A stretch of 64,000 nucleotides of DNA from assembly GCA_963705725.1 (NCBI GenBank), contig CAVPKM010000013.1, forward strand, positions 96,001 to 160,000. The letters run 5' to 3'. Within the stretch, counting starts at the first letter, position 1, and every line of letters starts with the position of its first letter. The notes beneath the pieces were generated by a model. That model was not told the DNA's origin, made no database searches, and worked only from the letters and a program-made list of their open reading frames with translations. A program made the translations under genes and the position numbers. Positions 1 to 9,971 of this stretch are shown here, in pieces. The stretch comes from an uncultured Gammaproteobacteria bacterium (GTDB taxonomy: Bacteria; Pseudomonadota; Gammaproteobacteria; UBA6002).

Positions 1-237
1 ATCAAATTTAATCAAATAATTTTTAATTTCAGGTAGTTCAAAGCGAATACGCATTGCAAAGGAGGGAGTATAAATTTCAAAAACCAACTTCCCTTCTTCA
101 AAGTTAGCAATTTGGCAATGATTCGCCAAATTAGGTCTGAATAATTTCCAGATGGCATTTAATTTTGCAAGCTGTTTACCTTTATCAGAAAAAGCTTTTA
201 ATGGGCTGTCATTTAGAATTTCTTTAAAATTTTTCAT
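1..237 (-). CDS. DUF721/DciA family protein, runs off the window edge
   Basis: Hand translation from ATG at 237: MKNFKEILNDSPLK...LANHCQIANFEEGKLVFEIYTPSFAMRIRFELPEI. Divergent from secA, the usual DUF721 position. Confidence 0.7.
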   Translation of the reverse strand, partial: MKNFKEILNDSPLKAFSDKGKQLAKLNAIWKLFRPNLANHCQIANFEEGKLVFEIYTPSFAMRIRFELPEIKNYLIKFD

Positions 238-309
238 TGGGTAACACTACAGTATAATTCTAGGAGTAGTATAAATAGGGCTAATCCGTTATGCTATGGT
301 AACTTATAG

Positions 310-481
310 GTAACTATTTAGCACAGGTTGAAACGTCCATATTTTGCCATCTTCGAACAAAAAATTTAATTAAAACTGCTCACATACTTGAGTATTGCTC
401 CGCTATTAATTAAATTTTTTGTCCGAATCTAGCTAAAATCTGAACGTTTAGCAACTTCAAGCATTTGTGCTGAACAGTTAC
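310..481. mobile_element. 172-bp MITE with IS66-like GTAAC ends and 8-bp target duplication
   Basis: TIRs GTAACTATTTAGCACA / TGTGCTGAACAGTTAC (14/16). ACTTATAG at 302-309 and 482-489. Nested internal inverted repeats. Second copy at 47946-48115. Confidence 0.9.
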
Positions 482-523
482 ACTTATAGTAGTTCCAAAA
501 AAACCGTTGTAAAAGAAGTCATT

Positions 524-3250
524 ATGATCAATAAGTTATTGAGTAAAATTTTCGGCACGCGGAATCAGCGCCTTGTTAAAAAAATGAGAAAGGAAGTGCT
601 GGCGATTAATCAGCTAGAATCAGACCTTTCCGCATTGACAGATGAACAGCTCAAGGCCAAAACAATTGAATTTCGCGATCGTTATCAAAAGGGTGAAACA
701 TTAAATCAACTCATGCCAGAAGCGTTTGCAGTGGTGCGAGAAGCGAGTCGAAGAATCCTCAAATTACGTCATTTCGATGTGCAGTTAATTGGTGGAATGG
801 TGTTGCATCAAGGAAAAATAGCTGAAATGCGAACGGGTGAAGGCAAAACATTAGTAGCCACGTTGCCAGCTTATCTCAACGCGCTAACAGGAAAAGGCGT
901 TCATATTGTAACCGTTAATGACTATTTAGCTAAACGAGATGCAGAATGGATGGGACCACTTTATCAATTTCTTGGCTTAGAAGTTGGCATTAATCTAACT
1001 AATATGTCTTATGAAGAAAAGAAACAAGCTTATAGTGCTGATATCACCTATGGTACCAACAACGAGTTTGGATTTGATTATCTTCGAGATAATATGGCTT
1101 TTAGCTTAGATACCAGGGTTCAGCGAGAACTGGCTTTTGCTATTGTCGATGAAGTCGACTCAATCTTAGTGGATGAAGCACGAACCCCATTAATCATTTC
1201 AGGTCCAGCAGAAGAGAGTTCAGCGCTTTATGCGCAAATGGATGTACTTGTTCCAGCCCTTAAGCCTCAACAAAAAAAAGAGGGTCCAGGTGATTTTTCA
1301 TTAGATGAAAAAACTAAGCAAGTTTATCTGACTGAAGAAGGTCATCAGCATATCGAGTCGATCCTAGTTGAGGCAGGACTTTTACAGATTGGAGAAAGTC
1401 TTTACAGTGTAAACAATGTCATGCTTTTGCATCATCTTAATGCGGCGCTTCGTGCCCATTTTTTATATCACCGAGATGTCGATTATATTGTTAAAGACGG
1501 CAAGGCCATTATTGTTGATGAACATACCGGGCGCTTAATGGCTGGTCGTCGATGGTCCGATGGTCTTCATCAAGCGATAGAGGCAAAAGAAAAAGTTAAA
1601 ATTGAAAGCGAAAATCAGACCTTAGCCACCATCACTTTTCAAAATTATTTCAGGCTGTATAACAAACTATCTGGAATGACAGGGACGGCAGATACCGAAG
1701 CATATGAATTTCAGCAAATTTATGGTTTGGAAGTCGTGGTTATTCCTACTAATCAACTTGTTGTACGTCAAGATCATAGTGATCAAGTCTATTTAACCGC
1801 TGAAAGTAAATTTAATGCGATTATTGAAGGAATTAAGCAGCGGCATTTGAATCAGCAACCTGTGCTAGTTGGAACTGCTTCAATTGAAACCTCAGAATAT
1901 TTATCGGCAATGTTGAAAAAACAAAATGTTCCTCATCAAGTCTTAAACGCCAAATACCATGAACTCGAAGCGAAAATTATTGCTCAAGCAGGAAAGCCAA
2001 GTGCGGTCACCATTGCAACAAACATGGCTGGACGCGGGACAGATATTGTTCTAGGTGGAAGTCTTGAAGCTGAAATAGCGAATTTGAAAGATGCTACCGC
2101 TGAAAAAATCACTGCTTTGCAACAAAATTGGAAAAAAGACCATGAAATTGTAGTCAAATCAGGTGGGTTACACGTGTTGGGAACAGAACGGCATGAATCA
2201 AGACGAATTGATAACCAATTGCGCGGTCGTTCGGGACGGCAAGGAGATCCTGGTTCTTCACAATTTTATCTGTCGCTTGAAGATAACCTCATGAGAATTT
2301 TTGCTCCAGAACGATTTTCAACGGTGATGCGTCGTCTGGGTATGCAAGAAGATCAGCCAATTGAATCAGCGCTGGTCACGCGAGCAATTGAAAATGCGCA
2401 GAGAAAGGTGGAAGGCCACAATTTTGATATGCGAAAACAGTTGTTACAATTTGATGATGTAGCAAATGACCAAAGAAAAGTCATTTATCATCAGCGTCAT
2501 GAATTAATGGCTGCTGAGGATATTTCAGAGAACATTTTTGGCTTGATTGAAGATGTCATGCAAGCCACCCTCGATAACTATATCCCACCCCAAAGCTTAG
2601 AAGAGCAATGGGACGTAGCGGGGTTAGAGCAGCTTTTAATGAAAGATTTTGGTTGTACATTTTCAATTCAAGAACAGCTAGATAAAAATGAGAATTTATA
2701 TGAAGAAACATTAAAAGAACAAATTATTAATGAAGTAAAGCGAATTTATCAACGAAAGGAAGAGCAGTTAGGGCCGCTTGTTATCAGGCAACTTGAAAAA
2801 TCTATTATGCTTCAAAGCCTTGATTCTCATTGGAAGGAGCACTTGGCTGCTATGGATCATCTCAGACAAGGCATCCACCTTCGAGGCTATGCTCAAAAAA
2901 ATCCTACGCAAGAATACAAGCGCGAATCTTTTGAAATGTTTACTGAAATGCTAAATAGCATTAAATATACCGTGATCAGCACCTTATGTTTAATCAATGT
3001 GCATACCGAGCAGGATATTGAAGTGGTAGAAAGAAGAAGACGTGAGTTAGCAAGTCTCGATAATGCTGAATTCCGTCATTCAATAATGGCTTCAGCGCTG
3101 GATTCTCAATCGGGAGAAGAAGAGTTTGAGCCTGCTGAATTAGCGGTAGTAGAGACTTTTACCCGTTCAGGACCAAAAGTAGGTCGTAATGAACTCTGTC
3201 CCTGTGGATCTGGTAAAAAATATAAACATTGTCATGGTCAAGTCAATTAG
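524..3250 (+). CDS. secA: Preprotein translocase ATPase SecA
   Basis: [28 protein letters not shown]-terminal [19 protein letters not shown]. Start moved to ATG 524. Confidence 0.99.
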   Translation: MINKLLSKIFGTRNQRLVKKMRKEVLAINQLESDLSALTDEQLKAKTIEFRDRYQKGETLNQLMPEAFAVVREASRRILKLRHFDVQLIGGMVLHQGKIAEMRTGEGKTLVATLPAYLNALTGKGVHIVTVNDYLAKRDAEWMGPLYQFLGLEVGINLTNMSYEEKKQAYSADITYGTNNEFGFDYLRDNMAFSLDTRVQRELAFAIVDEVDSILVDEARTPLIISGPAEESSALYAQMDVLVPALKPQQKKEGPGDFSLDEKTKQVYLTEEGHQHIESILVEAGLLQIGESLYSVNNVMLLHHLNAALRAHFLYHRDVDYIVKDGKAIIVDEHTGRLMAGRRWSDGLHQAIEAKEKVKIESENQTLATITFQNYFRLYNKLSGMTGTADTEAYEFQQIYGLEVVVIPTNQLVVRQDHSDQVYLTAESKFNAIIEGIKQRHLNQQPVLVGTASIETSEYLSAMLKKQNVPHQVLNAKYHELEAKIIAQAGKPSAVTIATNMAGRGTDIVLGGSLEAEIANLKDATAEKITALQQNWKKDHEIVVKSGGLHVLGTERHESRRIDNQLRGRSGRQGDPGSSQFYLSLEDNLMRIFAPERFSTVMRRLGMQEDQPIESALVTRAIENAQRKVEGHNFDMRKQLLQFDDVANDQRKVIYHQRHELMAAEDISENIFGLIEDVMQATLDNYIPPQSLEEQWDVAGLEQLLMKDFGCTFSIQEQLDKNENLYEETLKEQIINEVKRIYQRKEEQLGPLVIRQLEKSIMLQSLDSHWKEHLAAMDHLRQGIHLRGYAQKNPTQEYKRESFEMFTEMLNSIKYTVISTLCLINVHTEQDIEVVERRRRELASLDNAEFRHSIMASALDSQSGEEEFEPAELAVVETFTRSGPKVGRNELCPCGSGKKYKHCHGQVN

Positions 3251-3254
3251 TGAT

Positions 3255-4163
3255 ATGGTGAGTGAAAAAAATTATATTGAAGTAGCGGTAGGCATAGTTA
3301 GGGACTCAGCAGGGCAACTTCTCGTTGCCAAGCGCCCAGACCATTGGTTAGGTGGAGGATTTTGGGAGTTTCCAGGCGGAAAAGTGGAAATTGACGAAAC
3401 CATCGAATGTGCCTTGAAACGGGAATTATGGGAGGAGGTTGGCATCACCGTGGATGTTTGTTCTCCACTTATTAATATTGTTTATGAATATCCCGAAAGA
3501 AAAATTGCTTTATATGCATGGACAGTAAGTAAATTTTCAGGACAAGCAATTGGACGAGAAGGACAACAAATTAGTTGGCAAAGCCCTCAAGCCTTGAATG
3601 ATTTAACCATGCTACCCGCAAATCGGGCAATTATGATTGCAACCCAGCTACCCGATATTTACCCAGTCACCCCAGATTTTGAAAGTATCAAGGCTTTCTT
3701 AGCTAAGCTTGAAGCAGTACTGCTTCATAATCCATTAACATTGCTTTTATTTCAGGCTAATCATTTATCAAAACAACAATACACTTCTTATGCCAAAGAA
3801 GTGGCAGCAATTTGTAAAAACAGCCAGACCGAATTAATTTTAACGCATCCCGAGCTACTTTCTATTATTGATACAATAGATTCAGAGGGTATTCAACTGA
3901 GTGCTGCGCAGCTTCATCAGTTAGCACAACGCCCATTGCCTAAAAATAAAAAAGTGGGTGCAGTTTGCTGCAATCAGGAGGAAATTTTAAAAGCTGAAAT
4001 AATTAATTTGGATTTTTTAGTATTAACCGCAACAAACGAAGATGCTAGTTCATTGATAAAAATCGCTAACTTGCCAAGCTACGTAGCAGGAATATTCGAA
4101 ACCAAAGACCTTAATCAAATCAAAAGCTATGGTGCGCAAGGGATGACGGCTTTAGCCTGGTAG
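3255..4163 (+). CDS. mutT: 8-oxo-dGTP diphosphatase (Nudix) fused to a degenerate thiamine-phosphate-synthase-like domain
   Basis: WEFPGGKVEIDETIECALKRELWEEVG Nudix box; directly after secA. Confidence 0.88.
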   Translation: MVSEKNYIEVAVGIVRDSAGQLLVAKRPDHWLGGGFWEFPGGKVEIDETIECALKRELWEEVGITVDVCSPLINIVYEYPERKIALYAWTVSKFSGQAIGREGQQISWQSPQALNDLTMLPANRAIMIATQLPDIYPVTPDFESIKAFLAKLEAVLLHNPLTLLLFQANHLSKQQYTSYAKEVAAICKNSQTELILTHPELLSIIDTIDSEGIQLSAAQLHQLAQRPLPKNKKVGAVCCNQEEILKAEIINLDFLVLTATNEDASSLIKIANLPSYVAGIFETKDLNQIKSYGAQGMTALAW

Positions 4164-4202
4164 TGCAAAGAAAATTTACAATAAAAATTTTGGAGATCCA
4201 AT

Positions 4203-5954
4203 ATGAAAAAAATGCCAGAATTATTTAAAAAAACCGCCGTCATTGCAAAAGAATTGAACGCTCGTTTTATCAATTGTAACCGTGTGTTTGCTATTCCCAA
4301 TCAGCAATTTTTAGACCAGTGTGAGAAAGTAGAGATTTTGCAGGCCATCTACCATCTGCATAGTGAAGAAAAAGATACCCATGCGAGTTTATCTCTTTTT
4401 TCTTATCTATTGTCTATATCGCATCCATTGGCAAAATTTATGTCAGCAGATGAGGGTCTTCCATACGAAACGATAAAAAATCTCTTAAAATGCTATCACT
4501 TACAAAATTCTCATTGGCAACTACAGTTAGCTGATTTTTTTTATGCAATTCATGCTTACCACGAAGCCGTTGAAGCTTATGAATATGCCTTGAAGCTAGA
4601 GGCCCCATTATCTTTCAGTGCATTTAAAAAATTAGGTCTAGCCTGTGTAACGGTAAAGGAATTTTCAAAAGCACAGACTTATTTTCAGAAGGCACTAGAT
4701 TTACCGATAACGGATTGGCATACCTATCACGATATAGAGAGATGGATTAAAGAAGCTGCTGATCAAGAAGCGTTGAAAAATGAGGGGAGTCATTCTTCCA
4801 CAACATCCAGCGAGGAGATATCGCAAGATAAAAGTTCAGCTGGAAATTATATATTAGATGATCTAGAGGCCATGGATAACCTGGATGTAGCAGATTCTTA
4901 TGTTCAAGCTAAAGGATATGAGGAAGCCATTCTACTCTATAAATATTGTGCATTTGATACAAATGAAGAGTATACCCTTAAGGAACAAATTAGGGCACAT
5001 ATTAGCTTAGGGGATGTTTATTCTCGTTTGGAAAATATAGAAGGGGCAAGATTATCTTATGGTTATACTATTTTAAAATTCAGCCAAGCATGTAGGCACA
5101 TAAGATCCGATAATCATTATCGCTATATTGTCGATGATGCAGAGCTCGAATTATTAAATCAAGATTATCGATGTTTTCTAGAGAGTAAAACACCGGATGA
5201 AATTTATTATTCCATTTTGAGCTTGCTATACAATGAAATGATCAGCTTGTTTCAATTATCCATAAATGAAAATATTACACTAGGATCTTACTTGCTCGGT
5301 CAAGCAAGCGAATCGTTCAAAAATGGAATCATCGAGGAGATTAAAGAACATCTAGAAAGATATTATTTGGTTCAGGGAGTAAGTGAGACAGACCTTGAAA
5401 AAGCTGAACATTATTTTATGTTGGCTAATGAACTCGATCGAAAAGACTCAGCAAGACACCTAAAATGCGGTGATTATTATTCTGAGCTTTATCAAAAAAA
5501 TTCGGATGGCTATTGCTTATATCAGGCAAAGCAATATTATTTACAGGCTTTCAAGGCGAACCCTGATTGCGGGGTGACAAATAATAGATTAGCAAATTTA
5601 TACAGCACACAGAATGAAGTTGGATTAGCTATTTTACATTATTGCTACTCATTAGGTATCAATCCCACCGACGAGGTAGTGCAATATCGTTTAAAAAAAT
5701 TGTTAAAGCAATTAAGTCGCAGTGAAATTGAATCCGCGATTACTGCGCTACCTAATCAGATTGATCGAAATTTTTTAATCAACCTAGGTAAAGTAAGTGG
5801 AACGCTTCTCCATGCCAGGCTAAAAGAAGGCGGTTTTTTTGAAAAGCTTGGGCACAAGATTACAACATTTTTCGAGGACGATGACGGAGCTGCGCCACTC
5901 AATCCATTAGATCAGAACCTAGAAGAGGGTTCCGATCAGCGATTTTCTCAATGA
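4203..5954 (+). CDS. TPR-repeat protein with acidic C-terminus; candidate secreted effector
   Basis: TPR-like helices (AFKKLGLACVTVKEFSKAQTYFQKAL; NRLANLYSTQNEVGLAILHYCYSLGINP); ends FFEDDDG...LEEGSDQRFSQ. Confidence 0.65.
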   Translation: MKKMPELFKKTAVIAKELNARFINCNRVFAIPNQQFLDQCEKVEILQAIYHLHSEEKDTHASLSLFSYLLSISHPLAKFMSADEGLPYETIKNLLKCYHLQNSHWQLQLADFFYAIHAYHEAVEAYEYALKLEAPLSFSAFKKLGLACVTVKEFSKAQTYFQKALDLPITDWHTYHDIERWIKEAADQEALKNEGSHSSTTSSEEISQDKSSAGNYILDDLEAMDNLDVADSYVQAKGYEEAILLYKYCAFDTNEEYTLKEQIRAHISLGDVYSRLENIEGARLSYGYTILKFSQACRHIRSDNHYRYIVDDAELELLNQDYRCFLESKTPDEIYYSILSLLYNEMISLFQLSINENITLGSYLLGQASESFKNGIIEEIKEHLERYYLVQGVSETDLEKAEHYFMLANELDRKDSARHLKCGDYYSELYQKNSDGYCLYQAKQYYLQAFKANPDCGVTNNRLANLYSTQNEVGLAILHYCYSLGINPTDEVVQYRLKKLLKQLSRSEIESAITALPNQIDRNFLINLGKVSGTLLHARLKEGGFFEKLGHKITTFFEDDDGAAPLNPLDQNLEEGSDQRFSQ

Positions 5955-6112
5955 TAATGGTCAGAAGGGGCTGGCTCAACAATACAATGCTTTTCATTTA
6001 GCCAGTCGCCGAGGTCAATCAAGCGACATTGTTCACTACAGAAAGGTCGAAATGGATTGGTTTCATTCCAAATACTTTCATTCAAACAGGTGGGACAGGT
6101 TAATTTTTTCAT
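5948..6112 (-). CDS. yacG: DNA gyrase inhibitor YacG, 54 aa (absent from the ORF track)
   Basis: MKKLTCPTCLNESIWNETNPFRPFCSEQCRLIDLGDWLNEKH...; follows zapD. Confidence 0.95.
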   Translation of the reverse strand: MKKLTCPTCLNESIWNETNPFRPFCSEQCRLIDLGDWLNEKHCIVEPAPSDHYH

Positions 6113-6122
6113 AGGCGCGTAC

Positions 6123-6899
6123 TTAGATTGAACAGCAGGTTAATTTAAATTTAACATCATAATCGCATTGCTTGGATCTGCCTAAATTATGGCAATTAAG
6201 TTCGTAAAATCTGACCGATAACCTAGGTTTGCCTGCACTTATCTCTGTAAATAAATTTGCATCAACAGGTATGCCAACCCTAACCATTTCGTAAGAGGCA
6301 TTGGGGTTTAATCCTTGCTGATAAAATCCTTTGTCAGCATATTTTTCTATTGACACCGCGCTTTCTCTTGTTAGTTTTAGCAATAAACCTACCACTTCTC
6401 TTATTTCGCTTAATTCTTCAAACCAAATTTTTATATCTGGGAGTCGATCATTATTAATTTTTTGAAGCCATAGTTGAAATGCCGGATTACTAAAATTGAC
6501 AGCTCCACCTGGGTTGTAGAGGTGCTGGCGAATGGTATTCAAGAATTCGTTGTTTCGAAGATTTTGGCCAATTTTTCCTTGGGTGGCATAGAGCTGATCA
6601 ATCAAACGATCTAAATCGTTAAGTATTATTTTTAATTTGTGGTGATCTACCTGTGGCAAAACTTCTAGTTGAGTGAGAGTGGCAGCGTGTTGCGTTAATG
6701 CCTTAGTGAGTTTAGTCTTGAGATCTGGTCTATCAATCACATTCACGGTCTCAAGCAACGCGATAATTGCAGATCTGCTACTCCATTCATTCTCATTATT
6801 CATGTTGGCCATGATTTGGGAAAAAAGATGTTCTAGTCGCAAGCATACACGGATATGCTCGTTTAAGGGCTGCTCATAAATAATCATCTGATCTTGCAT
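6123..6899 (-). CDS. zapD: Cell division protein ZapD
   Basis: YEQPLNEHIRVCLRLEHL; coaE-zapD-yacG context. Confidence 0.95.
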   Translation of the reverse strand: MQDQMIIYEQPLNEHIRVCLRLEHLFSQIMANMNNENEWSSRSAIIALLETVNVIDRPDLKTKLTKALTQHAATLTQLEVLPQVDHHKLKIILNDLDRLIDQLYATQGKIGQNLRNNEFLNTIRQHLYNPGGAVNFSNPAFQLWLQKINNDRLPDIKIWFEELSEIREVVGLLLKLTRESAVSIEKYADKGFYQQGLNPNASYEMVRVGIPVDANLFTEISAGKPRLSVRFYELNCHNLGRSKQCDYDVKFKLTCCSI

Positions 6900-6948
6900 G
6901 GGTTTAATAGCCTGTAAAGGTTGGTGGCATTATTCATTTAATCATAAC

Positions 6949-7839
6949 TCATTTTCTAGGTCGATCAAGAGCAAGACAAACGAGTCCTGTCAAGATACAT
7001 GCCAAAGATATAAAAATATATAAGGAAAGGGGTTCATTAAGCCACCATGCAGAAGCGAGTAGCCCCAACACTGGCACGCCAAGTAAGAGGAGAGAAGTAT
7101 TGATCACAGGTAGCCGTTGAGTGATAAAAATACAAGCAGCATAAGCAAAACCTGTTGCAAAAAGGCCGTTAAACAGCATCATTGTAATTAATTGACGCGT
7201 CCAAATAATCTTAGGGTGTGGATCAATAATCAGGCAACTTATCAAGACAAAGACGGTGGCTAATAAAAGTTGCCAGGGAATAAGTTTGTAAGAAGAGGTA
7301 TGCCACACGCCATAACGCGTATGCAACATGGCGATAGCCCAGCAAGCGGCGGCGAGGAGTAGCAGTCCGTTTCCAATTAAGGCTTTTTCATTATGCCAAT
7401 CAAAACTCCAAGGATTGAAAAGAATCAAAATACCGGCAAATCCCAGTATCAATCCCAATAATTTAGGTAATGAATATTTTTCCTTAAAATATAGAATTGC
7501 AATGGGCGCAACCAAGAAAGGGGTAGAATAAACTAAAATAGCAGCACGACCCGCGTTGACCAGCAAGAGACCGCCATTTAAAAAAATTAAAAAACAGGCC
7601 ATTTGTAACAGGCCAATGGATAAAATGAAGGGTAAATCTTTCTTTTTAGGAAGGGCGATTTGTTTTTGAAAAGCGAGCAGAAAAAAAACTGTCACAAAAC
7701 CAATACATAGCCGCGCAAGCGTAAACCACATCGGTGGCATATCCGCTAACGCAATTTTACTAGTCGGCCATGAAATCGCCCAAACCACGACAGTGGCAAT
7801 CAATAAACCGTAAGTGAGTATATTTTTAGAATCATTCAC
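6949..7839 (-). CDS. DMT/EamA family transporter
   Basis: About 10 hydrophobic segments with EamA-like repeats; probable GTG start at 7839. Confidence 0.85.
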   Translation of the reverse strand: MNDSKNILTYGLLIATVVVWAISWPTSKIALADMPPMWFTLARLCIGFVTVFFLLAFQKQIALPKKKDLPFILSIGLLQMACFLIFLNGGLLLVNAGRAAILVYSTPFLVAPIAILYFKEKYSLPKLLGLILGFAGILILFNPWSFDWHNEKALIGNGLLLLAAACWAIAMLHTRYGVWHTSSYKLIPWQLLLATVFVLISCLIIDPHPKIIWTRQLITMMLFNGLFATGFAYAACIFITQRLPVINTSLLLLGVPVLGLLASAWWLNEPLSLYIFISLACILTGLVCLALDRPRK

Positions 7840-8050
7840 GAAGAGTCTGTTCCCTTGCAATGGACCTTCCCACAAAGGCGCCGCTTACCGCACCAACTAC
7901 TGTACCCGCTGTGCTGCCTCTTGTTATTGCGCTTCCTGCAAGACCACCGATTATTCCTCCTGCCGCTAATCCCGTATCGCTATTTGAAGCGCAAGCACTT
8001 AGCATAAAAGAGAATAATAAAATGCTGGTTACTTTAATTCGATTAGACAT
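7832..8050 (-). CDS. Glycine-zipper 2TM lipoprotein
   Basis: Lipobox LSAC, then GLAAGGIIGGLAGS...GAVSGAFVG. Confidence 0.85.
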   Translation of the reverse strand: MSNRIKVTSILLFSFMLSACASNSDTGLAAGGIIGGLAGSAITRGSTAGTVVGAVSGAFVGRSIAREQTLRE

Positions 8051-8069
8051 AATTTTTCCTTTACGAGCA

Positions 8070-8669
8070 TTAAAATCCTGTAGGTTTCATCTGACTATAT
8101 TTTAAGTGTAAACTAAAAACTTGTTTTTTCAGCTCATTTAATCCCTTTGTATTTAAAATTATCTCATCAGCAGCCATCAGCCGCTCTTCTCTAGTAGCTT
8201 GTGCGGCTATTATTTTATATGCAATTTCTTGATTAATGTGATCACGTTTCATTATGCGGTTAAGCTGCGCTTCAACTGGTGCGTCAACGACAAGGATACG
8301 ATCAACTAAATCATAAGCATTGGTTTCAATTAATAAGGGAATAACAATAATACAATAAGGGAAATTATCCTCTAGTTGTTCTTGAATTTGTTTGTTGATT
8401 AATGGATGTAATAAATTTTCTAACCAGCATTTCTCTGTGGGATTAGTGAATATTATTTCACGCAGTTTTCTGCGATTAATCTGCCGATCGATTTCTAAAA
8501 TTGCTTCACCAAATCGATTCAGAATTTGAAAGTAGGCAGGTTGGGGATAAACTGTCAGTGCCTTTGCTATCTCATCTGCATCAATAATCTTAGCCCCCAA
8601 CGCTTGAAAAAAACTAGCAGCCAGGCTTTTCCCGCTGCCAATACCACCGGTAAGACCTATGGTTAACAT
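8070..8669 (-). CDS. coaE: Dephospho-CoA kinase
   Basis: IGLTGGIGSGKS, IDADEIA. Confidence 0.97.
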   Translation of the reverse strand: MLTIGLTGGIGSGKSLAASFFQALGAKIIDADEIAKALTVYPQPAYFQILNRFGEAILEIDRQINRRKLREIIFTNPTEKCWLENLLHPLINKQIQEQLEDNFPYCIIVIPLLIETNAYDLVDRILVVDAPVEAQLNRIMKRDHINQEIAYKIIAAQATREERLMAADEIILNTKGLNELKKQVFSLHLKYSQMKPTGF

Positions 8670-9505
8670 AGCACATCACTTTTTGTCATCAGGCAAAGAA
8701 AACCAGAAAGGGCAAGAAATGGGCCAAATGGAATCGGGGTTGTTAGACGTTTTTTGTGTGTGATGAGATAGATCAAGCCTATCGCTAAGCTAACAAGTGA
8801 TGAACTAAGCATTAAAATAGGTAGCGTTTGCCAACCAAACCAAGCCCCAAGCGCAGCAATGAGTTTGAAATCTCCTTGGCCTAGCGCTGTTATTTTCCGT
8901 ACTTTCAAAAAAACAAATGTGATCAAGTAACAGGCGCCATACCCACAAATCGCGCCAAGTATGGCATCTTGCAATCGAGTAAAGTGGTAAAAAACATTAA
9001 AAATTATGCCTAGCCAAAGAAGGGACAAAGTAAGTTCATCCGGAAGTATCAACGAATTCAAATCAATAAAAAAAAGTGCAATTAGGGCCCAAGTTAGTAA
9101 TAAAGTAGGCAGCAATATTGCGGTAAAACCAAAGTGTTGTGCAACAAGCCAGCTAGCTATAGCAGATAAAATTTCAACGATAGGATATTGAATAGCTAGC
9201 TTTTTTTTGCAACAGGTTGATTTCCCACCTTGTAGCACGTAGCTAATAAGAGGAATATTTTGACCTAACTGAAGCTTAGTTTTACAGTGCTGGCAAAAAG
9301 AACCTGGCCGTAATAAGCTGAGTGGCTGCAAAGCCTTAAGGGGAATTCGCAAGATTTGACTCGCTGCCGCTTGGTTAGCATTTTCAATCATGATTGGCAG
9401 GCGATAAATAACCACATTTAAGAAACTGCCCACCATTAATCCAAGTAAACAAGTGATGGAAAGAAGCAGCCATTTTTGGGTCAATAAAAATTGCGAAGCT
9501 TCCAT
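8663..9505 (-). CDS. pilD: Type IV prepilin peptidase
   Basis: GSFLNVVIYRLP, CQHC, ILPDELT, GQGDFKL, IPFGPFL. Confidence 0.95.
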   Translation of the reverse strand: MEASQFLLTQKWLLLSITCLLGLMVGSFLNVVIYRLPIMIENANQAAASQILRIPLKALQPLSLLRPGSFCQHCKTKLQLGQNIPLISYVLQGGKSTCCKKKLAIQYPIVEILSAIASWLVAQHFGFTAILLPTLLLTWALIALFFIDLNSLILPDELTLSLLWLGIIFNVFYHFTRLQDAILGAICGYGACYLITFVFLKVRKITALGQGDFKLIAALGAWFGWQTLPILMLSSSLVSLAIGLIYLITHKKRLTTPIPFGPFLALSGFLCLMTKSDVLC

Positions 9506-9636
9506 CAGACAGTACCTTTCAATGCAAGACATATAGGTTTAATAAAGATAACTGATATAAAAAATCAGTCAACCTGATAAAAAACCCGGTAACTAATTTG
9601 CATTCCCTATGAATGTTTTCTATACTCGCTCCTCTC

Positions 9637-9712
<76 letters not shown>

Positions 9713-9756
9713 GGTAAATTAAGGCTTATCGGTGACTAATGCTCATTCCTTTACCT

Positions 9757-9816
9757 TGCCGAAGCCTGCCGAAGCTTGCCGAAGCCTGCCGAAGCTTGCC
9801 GAAGCTTGCCGAAGCC
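9757..9816. repeat. 10-bp tandem repeat (TGCCGAAGCY) x6
   Basis: Read directly from the sequence just downstream of tRNA-Thr. Confidence 0.95.
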
Positions 9817-9971
9817 TTATTTCTTTTTAATATACCACCTTCGTGCTGTGGTCTGACCAAGGGCATCAACAGCTAAGCGCCACTGTCTTTTAAATTAAAA
9901 GGACGTGGAGTCCTGGTCATCCATGATGATGTCGAACTAAGATTCACTTAACTGGGTTTTCAAATTAATTA

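Noticed and set aside
467-523. N-terminal extension of SecA in the ORF track
   Set aside because: The GTG lies inside the MITE terminal repeat; SecA similarity starts at ATG 524.
9820-9960. Possible tyrosine integrase C-terminal remnant on the minus strand (ILVRH...AVDAL)
   Set aside because: Needs several frameshifts and matches only a few residues; not supportable without a search.
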